Source of the DNA: Macrostomum lignano
Taxonomy: Eukaryota
DNA length: 21,869 nt
NCBI GenBank assembly: GCA_002269645.1
Contig: NIVC01005200.1
Span: forward strand, 1 to 21,869
Direction: 5' to 3'
Positions 13,284 through 21,398 of this stretch are shown one piece after another. Both the position numbers and the translations under genes were made by a program. The notes beneath the pieces are model-generated. The model had not been told where the DNA came from. It was given only the letters and a program-made list of their open reading frames with translations, and did no database searches. The stretch's first letter is position 1, and every line of letters begins with the position of its first letter.

Positions 13284-15361
13284 GAGCAGCAAGTGAACCA
13301 AATGACGGATGCAGCGGCGAGATCAGAATGCTCGCTGCTGATCGTTAAAGCGCATTCTTGTCTCTTAGGCATGTCGCTGGCGTTGCTGACTTCAGAATCT
13401 GCGAGGAAAAGAAATCAATTAAGATAGGCTTGCCTTTAGTAATCATTAATAGGCTATAAAGGAACCCTTTAATAGAACGTGTTCAACTAATGCTGGGTCT
13501 GTTTTGAAAAGTCAGAACTCAGAAGTAGTCGCGATTAGAATCAGTATTGTCCCAATAAGTGCGACCCAACAAATGCTGTTCAAAAAATAGGCCTGGCTGC
13601 AATGTCCCAATAAATGCCCAACAAATTACTAGCCTTGAGCTAGGCTGGGCTGTGTTTACTATTCATTGCGTTTGTAGCTTGTGTCCCAACAATGCCACTG
13701 AGATTGTTGCATTGCTTTTGAATTGTGCTCTACCAAGTAACACAAGTACTCTGGTGTACAATACTTCTACAGCAGATAATACTCACCCAAAACAGATCGT
13801 CTCTTTCTCTTTAATCCTGTGCCGGACGGGTTTTCTTCAGATCCACCAGAAAATTCACAAATAGACTGACTGCCTGCACGGATAGCGGCTGCTGCTGCTG
13901 CTGGCTGCTTGTGAGCAGCAAGTGAAATAAATGACGGATGCAGCGGCGAGTTTGAATGCGGACGAACCTGTGCGTGGGCGCACAAAAGAAAAATCACTTA
14001 TTGAGAAATCTGTCTGATTTGTTTGAAAACAGATTTAAATGTCGCTGTTCTAATAAATGCTTCATTGTCAATGAAATTTTACTGTACAATTAAAATACTC
14101 GTAGTTTGTCCCAACGGTGCTGCTTGTGTGAGTCAGATGGAGTATGTACAAATTTCACTTTCTCGATAGTGCCGCAGCAACTTACTTTGCCCTTAGCTGA
14201 CTGCAGGCAGGCTTGCTTGTTTTAATAATGCCCTAGAAAACAAAACACTTATTGCAATTAAGTTTCAGTTACTGGGAGTTGCAATTTTCTGAGATCCTAT
14301 CTCTTTGCTGACCGCCCATCTTCCCAATCAGATGAGCTTCTTTTTTGTTGCTGACTCTGCCCTGCTTTTCTTTCGGCGTTTGCCTTTGCAGTAAGCTTTG
14401 TTTCTCGTTCTAGAATGCTGTCATTTTATACTGTTCTTTAGTTATGTAATAATACTGCTTTGAGTAGAAAAATAATTTGACTATCGAATTATAACAGTAA
14501 TATATTATATTAGTTGCCCAGCAAACTCACATGGTATTTCTCCAAGTCTCTAGTACTGTGGGCGATGTGTCATGCGAGATTTCTTTCCTAAATGTTTTGA
14601 TTGAAACTTTTAGTAAAATTTGTTCTTCCTAGAAGTGTAAATTTTGCCTACTTATGATTGCTCAACTGGCTGTTGTAAATTAATTGATAAATAAGGTGAT
14701 CGTGCCGCCTCTCTTATATTTCACTGAGCTCAGAGTATTACTAGGCTGCTTATTATTTTTTTCAACGTACAAAAAATACGACATATACGAGTACGAGACA
14801 AGACTTACTTGACAATGAAGGCAAATCTGTTTGTTATAGAAGAAAACGGTAGCTTATCGATATCAACGTATCTGGAATTTTAGAAAAGTACATATGTAAA
14901 TTCCAGTTAAGTTTTTATTTAATCATAAAATTTTAAAAAGAATTTTAAATTCTACTTACATATGTGTAATGGTTCCTAGCCAAGTCTTTTCATGCCAGGT
15001 CATGCATGGAAACTCTTGTGACGTGGCACATTTTGTCTGTGTAGTGCAGGTCTCGTAAATGAATTATATTCGTTTGAACATATGCAGTACGCCAGTACGC
15101 CGTTTGTCAAAGGGAACTTCTACATGTACCTTTCCGTTAGAATTGGCTCTTCCTCTTGTAGGCCTCAACTTCAGTGTAAACTTTATCCTGACTCCCTTGC
15201 GCCCGCCTCTCCTCCCCGCTTCCCCCCGCCGCGATAGGAATGTACGCGTGGCCTGGGTAAGGGATTGCCTGGGTCTTGTACACGCTTGTCCTAACACTTC
15301 TGCACTGTACGTGGGTTTATCTTTACGATCCAAGATAAGCAGAATTGTTTTTCAGGAAGGC
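230..15361 (-). CDS. Candidate multi-exon gene for a large Gln-rich repeat protein, readable only with TAA/TAG=Gln (5' end and exact boundaries uncertain)
   Basis: Manual exon chain in transcript order, with splice phases: 15361-15130 (0>1), 14871-14809 (1>1), 14454-14186 (1>0), 13967-13787 (0>0, one extra nt near 13903), 16 array exons (0>0), 2696-2496 (0>0) counted separately as the last array exon, and 1459-230 (phase 0, ends TGA). Junctions are GT/AG. The unique exons have no internal TGA, and TAA/TAG often lie next to CAA/CAG. No family recognised. Confidence 0.6.
291..826. repeat. 18-bp minisatellite (~29 units; agcaacgacaggttactt / agcaacgacgagttactt, with an agcaacattaattacatt variant at the left end)
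   Basis: Directly visible tandem repeat; unit length is a multiple of 3. Confidence 0.97.
2221..2323. repeat. 38-bp tandem repeat, ~2.7 copies (gggctgtcccaacaattccaccatagccagtgtggatg)
   Basis: Exact copies at 2221-2258 and 2259-2296, partial copy from 2297. Confidence 0.95.
3084..3338 (-). CDS. Representative array exon (255 nt, phase 0-0): LLKSATPATCLRDKNAL(TAA)RSAASILISPLHPSFGSLAAHKP-Q10-PLSVQAVSLFVNFLVDLKKTRLAQD(TAA)RERDDLFW
   Basis: Acceptor ttgatttcttttcctcgcag| and donor TGG|gtgagt are present in the array units. Equivalent exons with lengths divisible by 3: 3728-3985, 5412-5669, 6056-6310, 7339-7593, 8621-8878, 9905-10162, 10550-10810, 11198-11455, 11843-12100, 12488-12748. A poly-Ala frame of the same exon is also open, in the standard code. 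Confidence 0.65.
4491..4870 (-). mobile_element. SINE-like non-autonomous non-LTR retroposon (380 bp) with a 5' HDV-like ribozyme and an (AAAG)n tail, inserted into a (CAG)n tract
   Basis: GC-rich block absent from all other array units. 3' tail AAAAAGAAAGAAAGAAAGAAAA on the minus strand. Flanked on both sides by (GCT)n, with ~14 nt excess over a normal period (1039 - ~645 - 380), consistent with a target-site duplication. No Pol III A/B boxes recognised. Confidence 0.88.
4769..4870 (-). ncRNA. HDV-like (delta-like) self-cleaving ribozyme
   Basis: Minus strand: P1 GGGTGGC; J1/2 AC; P2 GAGACCA; P3 GCG; L3 TCCACGT; P3' CGC; P1' GCCCCT (G1-U wobble, T4 bulged); P1.1 GG; P4 CACCCCG...TGGCAGG...CCTGCCA...CGGGGTG; J4/2 ACGAAT (putative catalytic C at 4780); P2' TGGTCTC. 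This matches the nested double-pseudoknot topology, including U20/G25 and C21C22:GG. Confidence 0.88.
13787..13967 (-). CDS. First exon of the array (divergent 5' part VRPHSNSPLHPSFISLAAHKQ...)
   Basis: Has its own acceptor tgatttttcttttgtgcgcccacgcacag| and the standard array donor TGG|gtgagt. Length is 181 nt, i.e. one extra base in the CAG tract (~13903). Confidence 0.5.
14186..14454 (-). CDS. Candidate exon (phase 1>0; table 6): ...LERETKLTAKANAERKAGQSQQQKRSSSDWEDGRSAKRQDLRKLQLPVTETQLQQVFCFLGHYQNKQACLQSAKGK
   Basis: Acceptor tttttctactcaaagcag| and consensus donor AAA|gtaagt. Six in-frame TAR, e.g. TAA TTG CAA TAA; no TGA. Confidence 0.55.
14809..14871 (-). CDS. Candidate 63-nt exon
   Basis: Acceptor tacttttctaaaattccag| and donor CAA|gtaagt. 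The phase 1-1 reading TLISISYRFLL(TAA)QTDLPSLS fits the neighbouring exons. A phase 2-2 reading YVDIDKLPFSSITNRFAFIV is also open. Confidence 0.55.
15130..15361 (-). CDS. Candidate exon (phase 0>1; table 6): AFLKNNSAYLGSQRQTHVQ...SGEERRAQGSQDKVYTEVEAYKRKSQFQRK
   Basis: Acceptor actaactactag| (CTAAC branch-like motif just upstream) and donor AAAG|gtacat. Three in-frame TAA; no TGA. Confidence 0.45.
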
Positions 15362-15547
15362 CTAGTAGTTAGTTTTGGGCCAACTAGTCATCGATTTCGA
15401 CTTTACAGTGACAGTGACACGCAAACATGTGCTAGCAGTCCATGCAGTCATCTTAAGTTTCTTGGTATCTCAGTACATTTCAGTATACCAGACGATAATT
15501 ATCATAATTCTAGGAAAAATTTTGCTACATAGTATAGCTGCCCAAAC

Positions 15548-15680
15548 CCAGGCCAATAAGGAAGTCATTTAAAGCCTTAGAGATTAAACGTTTCCCTCTA
15601 ATACTCGTCCTCGGTTTTCTCGGGAAATGCAAAGTTTTTCTTTGCCCTTTATTTCTTTGCTCTAAAAGCGCTTCATAAGA
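15548..15680 (-). CDS. Possible further upstream exon
   Basis: Acceptor attctcacag|. The phase 2>0 frame LMKRFQSKEIKGKEKLCISRENRGRVLEGNVQSLRLQMTSLLAW has 3 TAR. The donor |gtttgg is non-consensus, and another frame is open in the standard code. Confidence 0.25.
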
Positions 15681-16426
15681 CTGTGAGAATTTCCACCGGA
15701 AAACTACCTCACTCAAAGTGTCACTTTACGTTAATGGCCTCCAGTCACTAACTTGAGTCAGTTAATACCCATTCACATATGACAAATAGATTAATGCAGC
15801 TGACTGAAAACGAGAATTTCAGTTAAAATGGCCGAGGGCACAGGCGGATGTAACCTTAATTTGCCATGTTTCGTGTATAAGTGAAATTGGAAGCTAATGA
15901 ATTTAGATGCTAGCTGTTTCTATGCAAAAATCTAAATATACTAAATCTATAAGGTTTGTATGCTTGATTGTAATATTCTAAATCTTTATTAAATTATTTC
16001 ATATTTTATAGTAAACACGATGCCAAATGTCAGGATCCTTTCAAGTGTCGATTGGCAGCCCTGTGGAGAACCTCTATCTGTTACTTGTAGTAGACTTTCT
16101 TGATATTGTAAGAAATATTGTAATAAAACGAGAATTCCGATTTGAGACCCAATTGTTCTGTTGGATCAGACCATCAGTTCGCATAATTTTTTAAACTTCT
16201 TAGGACACTGCAAATCATTAGATTCCCCGTGTTTGATTAAAAATATGAAAAAATGACATTGATTTTTGAAAGGAGAATCGAAAGACGGTTCCAATGAATA
16301 TTTTTTCATTTCAATAGAATTCATTTTTGGAAGTGTCGGGACGCACTTATTGGGCCTGGCCCAACACATTTTTGGTCCTAATAGCACGGGTCAGTTTATA
16401 CACGCTTGTCCCAAGAAATGCCTAAT

Positions 16427-16427
<1 letters not shown>

Positions 16428-16465
<38 letters not shown>

Positions 16466-16625
16466 GACAGACAGACAAACACAGACACACACAGACAGAC
16501 AAACACACACACAGATAGACAGACACACAGACAGGCAGACAGACACACAGACAGACGCAGACAACAGATACAGCAGCACAGACACACAGACAACGCAACA
16601 ACAGACAGACAACAGACAGACAGAG
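16428..16625. repeat. Compound (CA)n/(CAGA)n microsatellite
   Basis: Pure (CA)n at 16428-16460, followed by degenerate CAGA/CA repeats. Confidence 0.95.
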
Positions 16626-17149
16626 ACAACCAATTTCATTGTCACAGACACATCAGACTGTCTCGACACAGAACAGAGACATTACACAGAGTCGACAATA
16701 GCAGGATTGAGCAGTGACACCAAGCGAGGAGCATGTCGTTGAGGTCGCATGGGGGTGATGGTTGAGTTTTGATGAGGGTGGGAGATAGTCATCGGTCGAT
16801 GTGGCACACTTGTCATGAAGTGAGCACATGTGGATGATAGTGAGCACAGTGGGGCAGATAGGGCCACGCGGAAGATAGGAGTAGCATGTGAGGTCGATAG
16901 GGTCACGTGCAAGATAGGAGTACCGGGGTCTGAAGTGAGACAGAATCAAGATAGTTCACGATGTCAGTGTGTCAGCAGTGGAGAGTCCTGATAAGAGGTG
17001 ATGGATTCAGAATGGGGAGGAGAGTGAGTGGAAGAGGTGGAGATAAGCGGTGATGTGAGCAAAGACAACCTGTACAGAGATGGAGAGAGCGACAGTAGAA
17101 TTGAGAAGAAATTTGAGGATGGATTTAGTCATGAATTGTTTAAAAAGTT

Positions 17150-17983
17150 AAGCTACCTAAAACTCTACCCAACTACAGCAAAACCTACCTAAATCTTACC
17201 CTAATTACAGCAAAAGCACCGTAATCAGAATTACAGCAGAAGATACCTAAATCTCACCCTAATTACAGCAGAAGCTACCTAAATCTCACCCTAATTACAG
17301 CAGAAGCTACCTAAATCTCACCCTAATTACAGCAACCTACCTAAATCTCAGCTTGATTACAACAAAACCGACTTAAATCCCACTCTAATTACAGCAAAAG
17401 CTACCTAAATCTCGGCCTGATTACAGCAAAACCTACCTAAATCTCTCCTAGTTACAACAAAGCTACCTAAATCTCATCCTAGTTACACAAAGGCTACCTA
17501 AATCTCATCCTAATTACAGCAAAAGCTACCTAAATCTCATCCTAGTTACAACAAGCTACCTAAATCTCACTCTAATTACAGCAAAAGCTACCTAAAATCT
17601 CGGCCTCCCTGATTTACAGCAAAGCTACCAAAATCTCACTCTAATTACAGCAAAAGCTACCTAAATCTCACTCTAATTACAGCAAAAGCTACCTAAATCT
17701 CACTCTAATTACAGCAAAAGCCAACAAAATCTCACTCTAATTACAGCAAAAGCTACCTAAATCTCACTCTAATTACAGCAAAAGCTACCTAAATCTCACT
17801 CTAATTACAGCAAAGCTACCTAAATCTCACTCTAATTACAGCAAAAGCTACCTAAATCTCACTCTTAATTACAGCAAAAAGCTACCTAAATCTCACTCTA
17901 ATTACAGCAAAAAGCTACCTAAATCTCGGCCTGATTACAGCAAAAGCTACCTAAATCTCACTCTAATTACAGCAAAGCTACCT
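17150..17983. repeat. ~32-bp minisatellite (caaaagctacctaaatctcactctaattacag), ~26 copies
   Basis: Period 32 (ctaattacag at 17641 and 17673). More degenerate at the left end. Confidence 0.96.
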
Positions 17984-18020
17984 TGTAAAATGACAATGAA
18001 AATCACATCTAGAAATACAT

Positions 18021-18348
18021 GTATCAGGGGCGGGTTTAGTGGAGTATCAGGGCGGGTTTAGTGGAGTATCAGAGGCGGGTTTAGTGGAGTATCAGGGGCG
18101 GGTTTAGTGGAGTATCAGGGGCGGGTTTAGTGGAGTATCAGGGGCGGGTTTAGTGGAGTATCAGAGGCGGGTTTAGTGGAGTATCAGAGGCGGGTTTAGT
18201 GGAGTATCAGGGGCGGGTTTAGTGGAGTATCAGAGCGGGTTTAGTGGAGTATCAGAGGCGGGTTTAGTGGAGTATCAGAGGCGGGTTTAGTGGAGTATCA
18301 GAGGCAGGTTTAGTGGAGTATCAAGGGCGGGTTTAAGGGAGTATCAGG
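18021..18348. repeat. G-rich 23-bp minisatellite (gtggagtatcagRggcgggttta), left part, ~14 copies
   Basis: Directly visible; ends at the transposon left end. Confidence 0.96.
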
Positions 18349-21300
18349 CATAGTTGCCACCCAGTTTTTAAAGAAAAGTAGCGCAAGGACTAATTTTTAG
18401 CGCAGGTCTTAAAAAACTCGCATCCTTCCCACAAACCAGTTTTTCTTTTCACTATGACAGACATTTAGTAAATTCGAAAACAAAAATGGTTTACATGTAC
18501 AAGGAAAATTGTTTCAAGTTGCGCAGACAAAAATAAAAAGAAGCACCTCAGACAATAAAGACTACAGCATGAAGCTTAGAGTTATAGTTACTACAAACAT
18601 TCAGTAAATTTTAAGCTGATAAAATGTACAAACATAGTCATTTCTTCTTCTTCTTTGATTTTGCTTCTTCACTGTCACCATGCCGCTTGCGTAGGGCATG
18701 CTCCTCCTTATCAGCAAGTGCGAGCATGTCCTGAGCCTTCTTGCGCATTTCGTCAATCTTTGTTTGGGCCTTTGCCTGCTTTTGTTGCTTCTGCTGCTGG
18801 AGCTCTTTCTCCTTTTCAGTAACCAGTCGTCGCTGCTCCTCCAGTGCTTGCTGAAGTCGCTTCATGGCCTTTTCGTTTTGCTTAGCTCGTCGTCGCTCAT
18901 CGGCTTTGCTTTTGGCTTGAAAAGCTGTGTCCAGCAGGTTAGAATCAATAGTGACCTTGGCTGGGCCAGTGCTGTTGCATTTCATCCAAACTTTCACAGC
19001 CAAAATCGAGTCCAGCGTAACTTCTCCTAGCCTATTGCGCTGCTTGGTCAAGTTGTTGGCCACCCATTTCAAAACTCGTTCACTATCTGCATTACCGTGC
19101 GGTATGCAGCAGGCAGCACGACCTAGTTTAGAAAGATGAGGATAATCTTCAACAGAAAGCTGTGCCCAAAAAGCCTCTGGTGTCTCCTTTGCTTTCTCAG
19201 TTGGGCAGGTCAGTCGAAGCCTTGTAGCTTCCAGCCGGATATTATCCAGCAAGTCGGCAGAAATGACTGTGCTCATAGCACGCCCAACACGTAGAATGCT
19301 GTTGTCAAAGTTGAAGTCTGATCCCAACATGTATTCAGGATCCACAAACTGAAGGCCAGAAAGCACCTTGTTGTTGAAAGGTAAGTAGGCAAACAGTCGA
19401 CTAATAATTTCAGAAAAGAAGCAGCGAACTGACTTAAAAAAGCCAATCTGCTCCATCTGACGTAACGTGCAACAGTCTCACGGGTGGCCGAGCCGATGAT
19501 TAGATCTTTGTTCATTAGTTGATTGTTGCGATCAGTAGCCCTGTCAACCAGGTCTGAAAGAGAGCGGCTGTTTTCAACAACTTCACTCGCATGAAGCAAA
19601 GAAGAATGTCACTAAAAAGCTTTTCCAGCGAAGAAGCCAAGTGGTGAACCTGAGTGCTCTCCCGCTGAAAAATTTTCTCGAATGCTTCGCATCTTGGCAG
19701 CACTTGGCTTAAGAACTGGAGCTTGGCTAGCATCTCATCAGTAAGGGCCAGCTTGATTCGTCGTGCCCGAATGTTGTCCAGTTCTGAGGCACTAGCTTTC
19801 TCAAAGTGCAGCTTCAGGGCCTCCCATTGCTCTAGAATCCGTCGAATGACGTTTAGAATCTGGAGCCAGCGAGTTTCGACTCGGCGGATGAACACGTGTT
19901 CAGCCAGGTCCAGTGCATCCTGAATCTAAAAATTTTAATTTTGTCAGGGAAGAAAAGCACATTCAAGATTAAGCAAAGTTTAAATTCATACCTCATGGAA
20001 TGCTCCGCGCCTTTTCACAAATCGGAAATAGTTATAGACATCATCCATCAGTCCTTCAGCCTCGCCAGTGCTGTCAAATGCTTAGTTGCATATTGAACAC
20101 TATTATGTACATGATGGAGACTGCAGCCTCCAACATAATAAGCTGCGGCATAGCATCTTTCAGCTTGGTGAGAAGTCCATTGTGGATGCCTGAAATGTGA
20201 AAGGTGAATTATTTTAGGGACAGGATCTTTGTCAACAAGGATTACTCATCAAGCTATCTCGCATACCTCTCATTGCATTGCAGGAATCTGTCATCACGGA
20301 AATAACATTCCTTGCAGGCAATTTGGCTTGGGATAGCAACGACAAAACTGTGTCCTTCATATTTGACGCCGATGAATTTTAAGCTCCTCTGAACCAATGT
20401 AGACAAGAATTGCCTTCTGCCTTTCAATGCAGAAAGTGCGGGCCAGTAAAACCAGCCAGCAGCGGTCACGTTTCGTGCCCTCATCAAGCAGAATTGAAAA
20501 GGGAGAGTCACGAAGGCTCTTAAACATTTCCTCCTTAGCATGTGGGGCAAGTGCATCAGTGACCAGGTACGTTGTCTTGGTTCTTCCACATGAAAAGTTC
20601 TGAGCAACACTGCTATCAGGAATAGCAACAGGCAGTGTTTCAGAAATTTCGTCCATAGTTTTGAATGATAGGTCTTTCCGAACAACAAGCAGTCCGAATC
20701 GTAGGCTCGCCGCCATGGTCTGTTGGGGCAAAGATGCCTCTGCCTCCACTTTTTTAGTTGTTGGTTCTCAGATGGAGTGATTGGGAAAAAAGCATTGATT
20801 TTTTGCTGACTGTAAGCAGCAACCATAGCCCGAGAAAGAGCCTTGTGCTTTGCACCATCAGCATGTTGTCGCAAAGCAGCAATGCCATGTTGACGAAATT
20901 TACTCCACGTTGCACAATCTACATGTGGCTTCATCGTCATTGTCGTCGTCTTTCTGGCACCATCGTGATATTTTGACCCCAGAATGGTCATGTTCAGATA
21001 ACCAGGTAGCATTACACTTCGTTTTTCGATCAGTGGCATTAGAATGTGGCTGAAATGTGACTTGAATTTTATACGAGCGTAGTACCTAAACTACTACTTC
21101 CCTAGATTCCCACTTTAGTACTTTCACTACTTATACATATAATATACTTATACATAGACTTATACGTATAAGTTTATAGAGAAATATTACAAAAATAATG
21201 ACCCAAAAAGTATAGGAACAAGAATCATTTTGACCTTTCTTACTTTATTTAGAATGACTTTTAGCAATAGAAGTAAAAAATAGACAAGCAAAAAAATAAT

Positions 21301-21398
21301 TACTTTTTTGAGCAGAACCAAATAAAATTGAGCATTTGAGCAGCTTAAATTTTTTTGAGCAATTGCTCAAAATTTGAGCAGGGGTGGCAACTATAATG
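18349..21398 (-). mobile_element. hAT-superfamily DNA transposon, 3050 bp
   Basis: Left end CA-TAGTTGCCACCC (18349-18362). Right end GGGTGGCAACTA-TAATG (21382-21398). 8-bp GTATCAGG on both sides (18341-18348, 21399-21406). Subterminal repeats tagcgca (left) and ttgagca (right). Encodes a hAT transposase. Confidence 0.95.
18638..21049 (-). pseudogene. hAT transposase with two introns (20266-20190, 19991-19926), frameshifted in this assembly
   Basis: Exons 21049-20267, 20189-19992, 19925-18638 (TGA). Motifs: Zn-finger-like CRLC...ALRQHADGAKH; PDS..A..FSCGRTKT; FSILLDEGT (catalytic D); TDSCNAMRG (D); GCSLHH (CxxH); ETRWLQ; dimerisation domain FW...YPHLSKL...IPHGNADSER (E)...KQRNRL. The acceptors at 21050 and 20190 share tcacatttcag. 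Seven frame breaks at about 20900, 20752, 20378, 20137, 20064, 19587 and 19460. No start-codon exon identified. Confidence 0.9.

Larger units (their letters stand above)
2496..13950. repeat. Tandem array of ~640-650-bp near-identical units (~17.2 copies; 18 (CTG)n tracts)
   Basis: The same MPKRQ... ORF start recurs at 2670, 3312, 3959, 4998, 5643, 6284, 6925, 7567, 8207, 8852, 9492, 10136, 10784, 11429, 12074, 12722 and 13372. The period 3959>4998 is enlarged by an insertion. Confidence 0.99.

Noticed and set aside
3064-13372. Poly-Ala ORFs (MPKRQECALT...) as stand-alone genes
   Set aside because: The ATG is internal to a spliced exon and the ORF runs through a consensus donor. The upstream exon (AAA|gtaagt, phase 0) feeds the poly-Gln frame instead. 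Not fully excluded: this frame is open in the standard code and several inter-unit changes are synonymous in it.
2856-13864. Repeated plus-strand ORFs (MRPNKCCSK...) in each array unit
   Set aside because: They start with GTG, show no recognisable domain, lie antisense to the splice signals and span the proposed intron. Their recurrence only reflects the tandem repeat.
16266-16742. ORFs of 77-158 aa across the CA/CAGA microsatellite
   Set aside because: Open only because the simple repeat lacks stop codons (HTHT, CVCV, QTDR translations).
20727-20755. In-frame A_AAA_AAG slippery heptamer followed by a GGCAGAG/CTTTGCC hairpin at a transposase frame break, resembling -1 programmed frameshifting
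   Set aside because: Six other frame breaks without such signals occur in the same gene. A lost A in a homopolymer is more parsimonious, and this motif is mainly efficient in bacteria.
18698-20976. Plus-strand ORFs overlapping the transposase
   Set aside because: Antisense shadows of the transposase exons, with no independent features.
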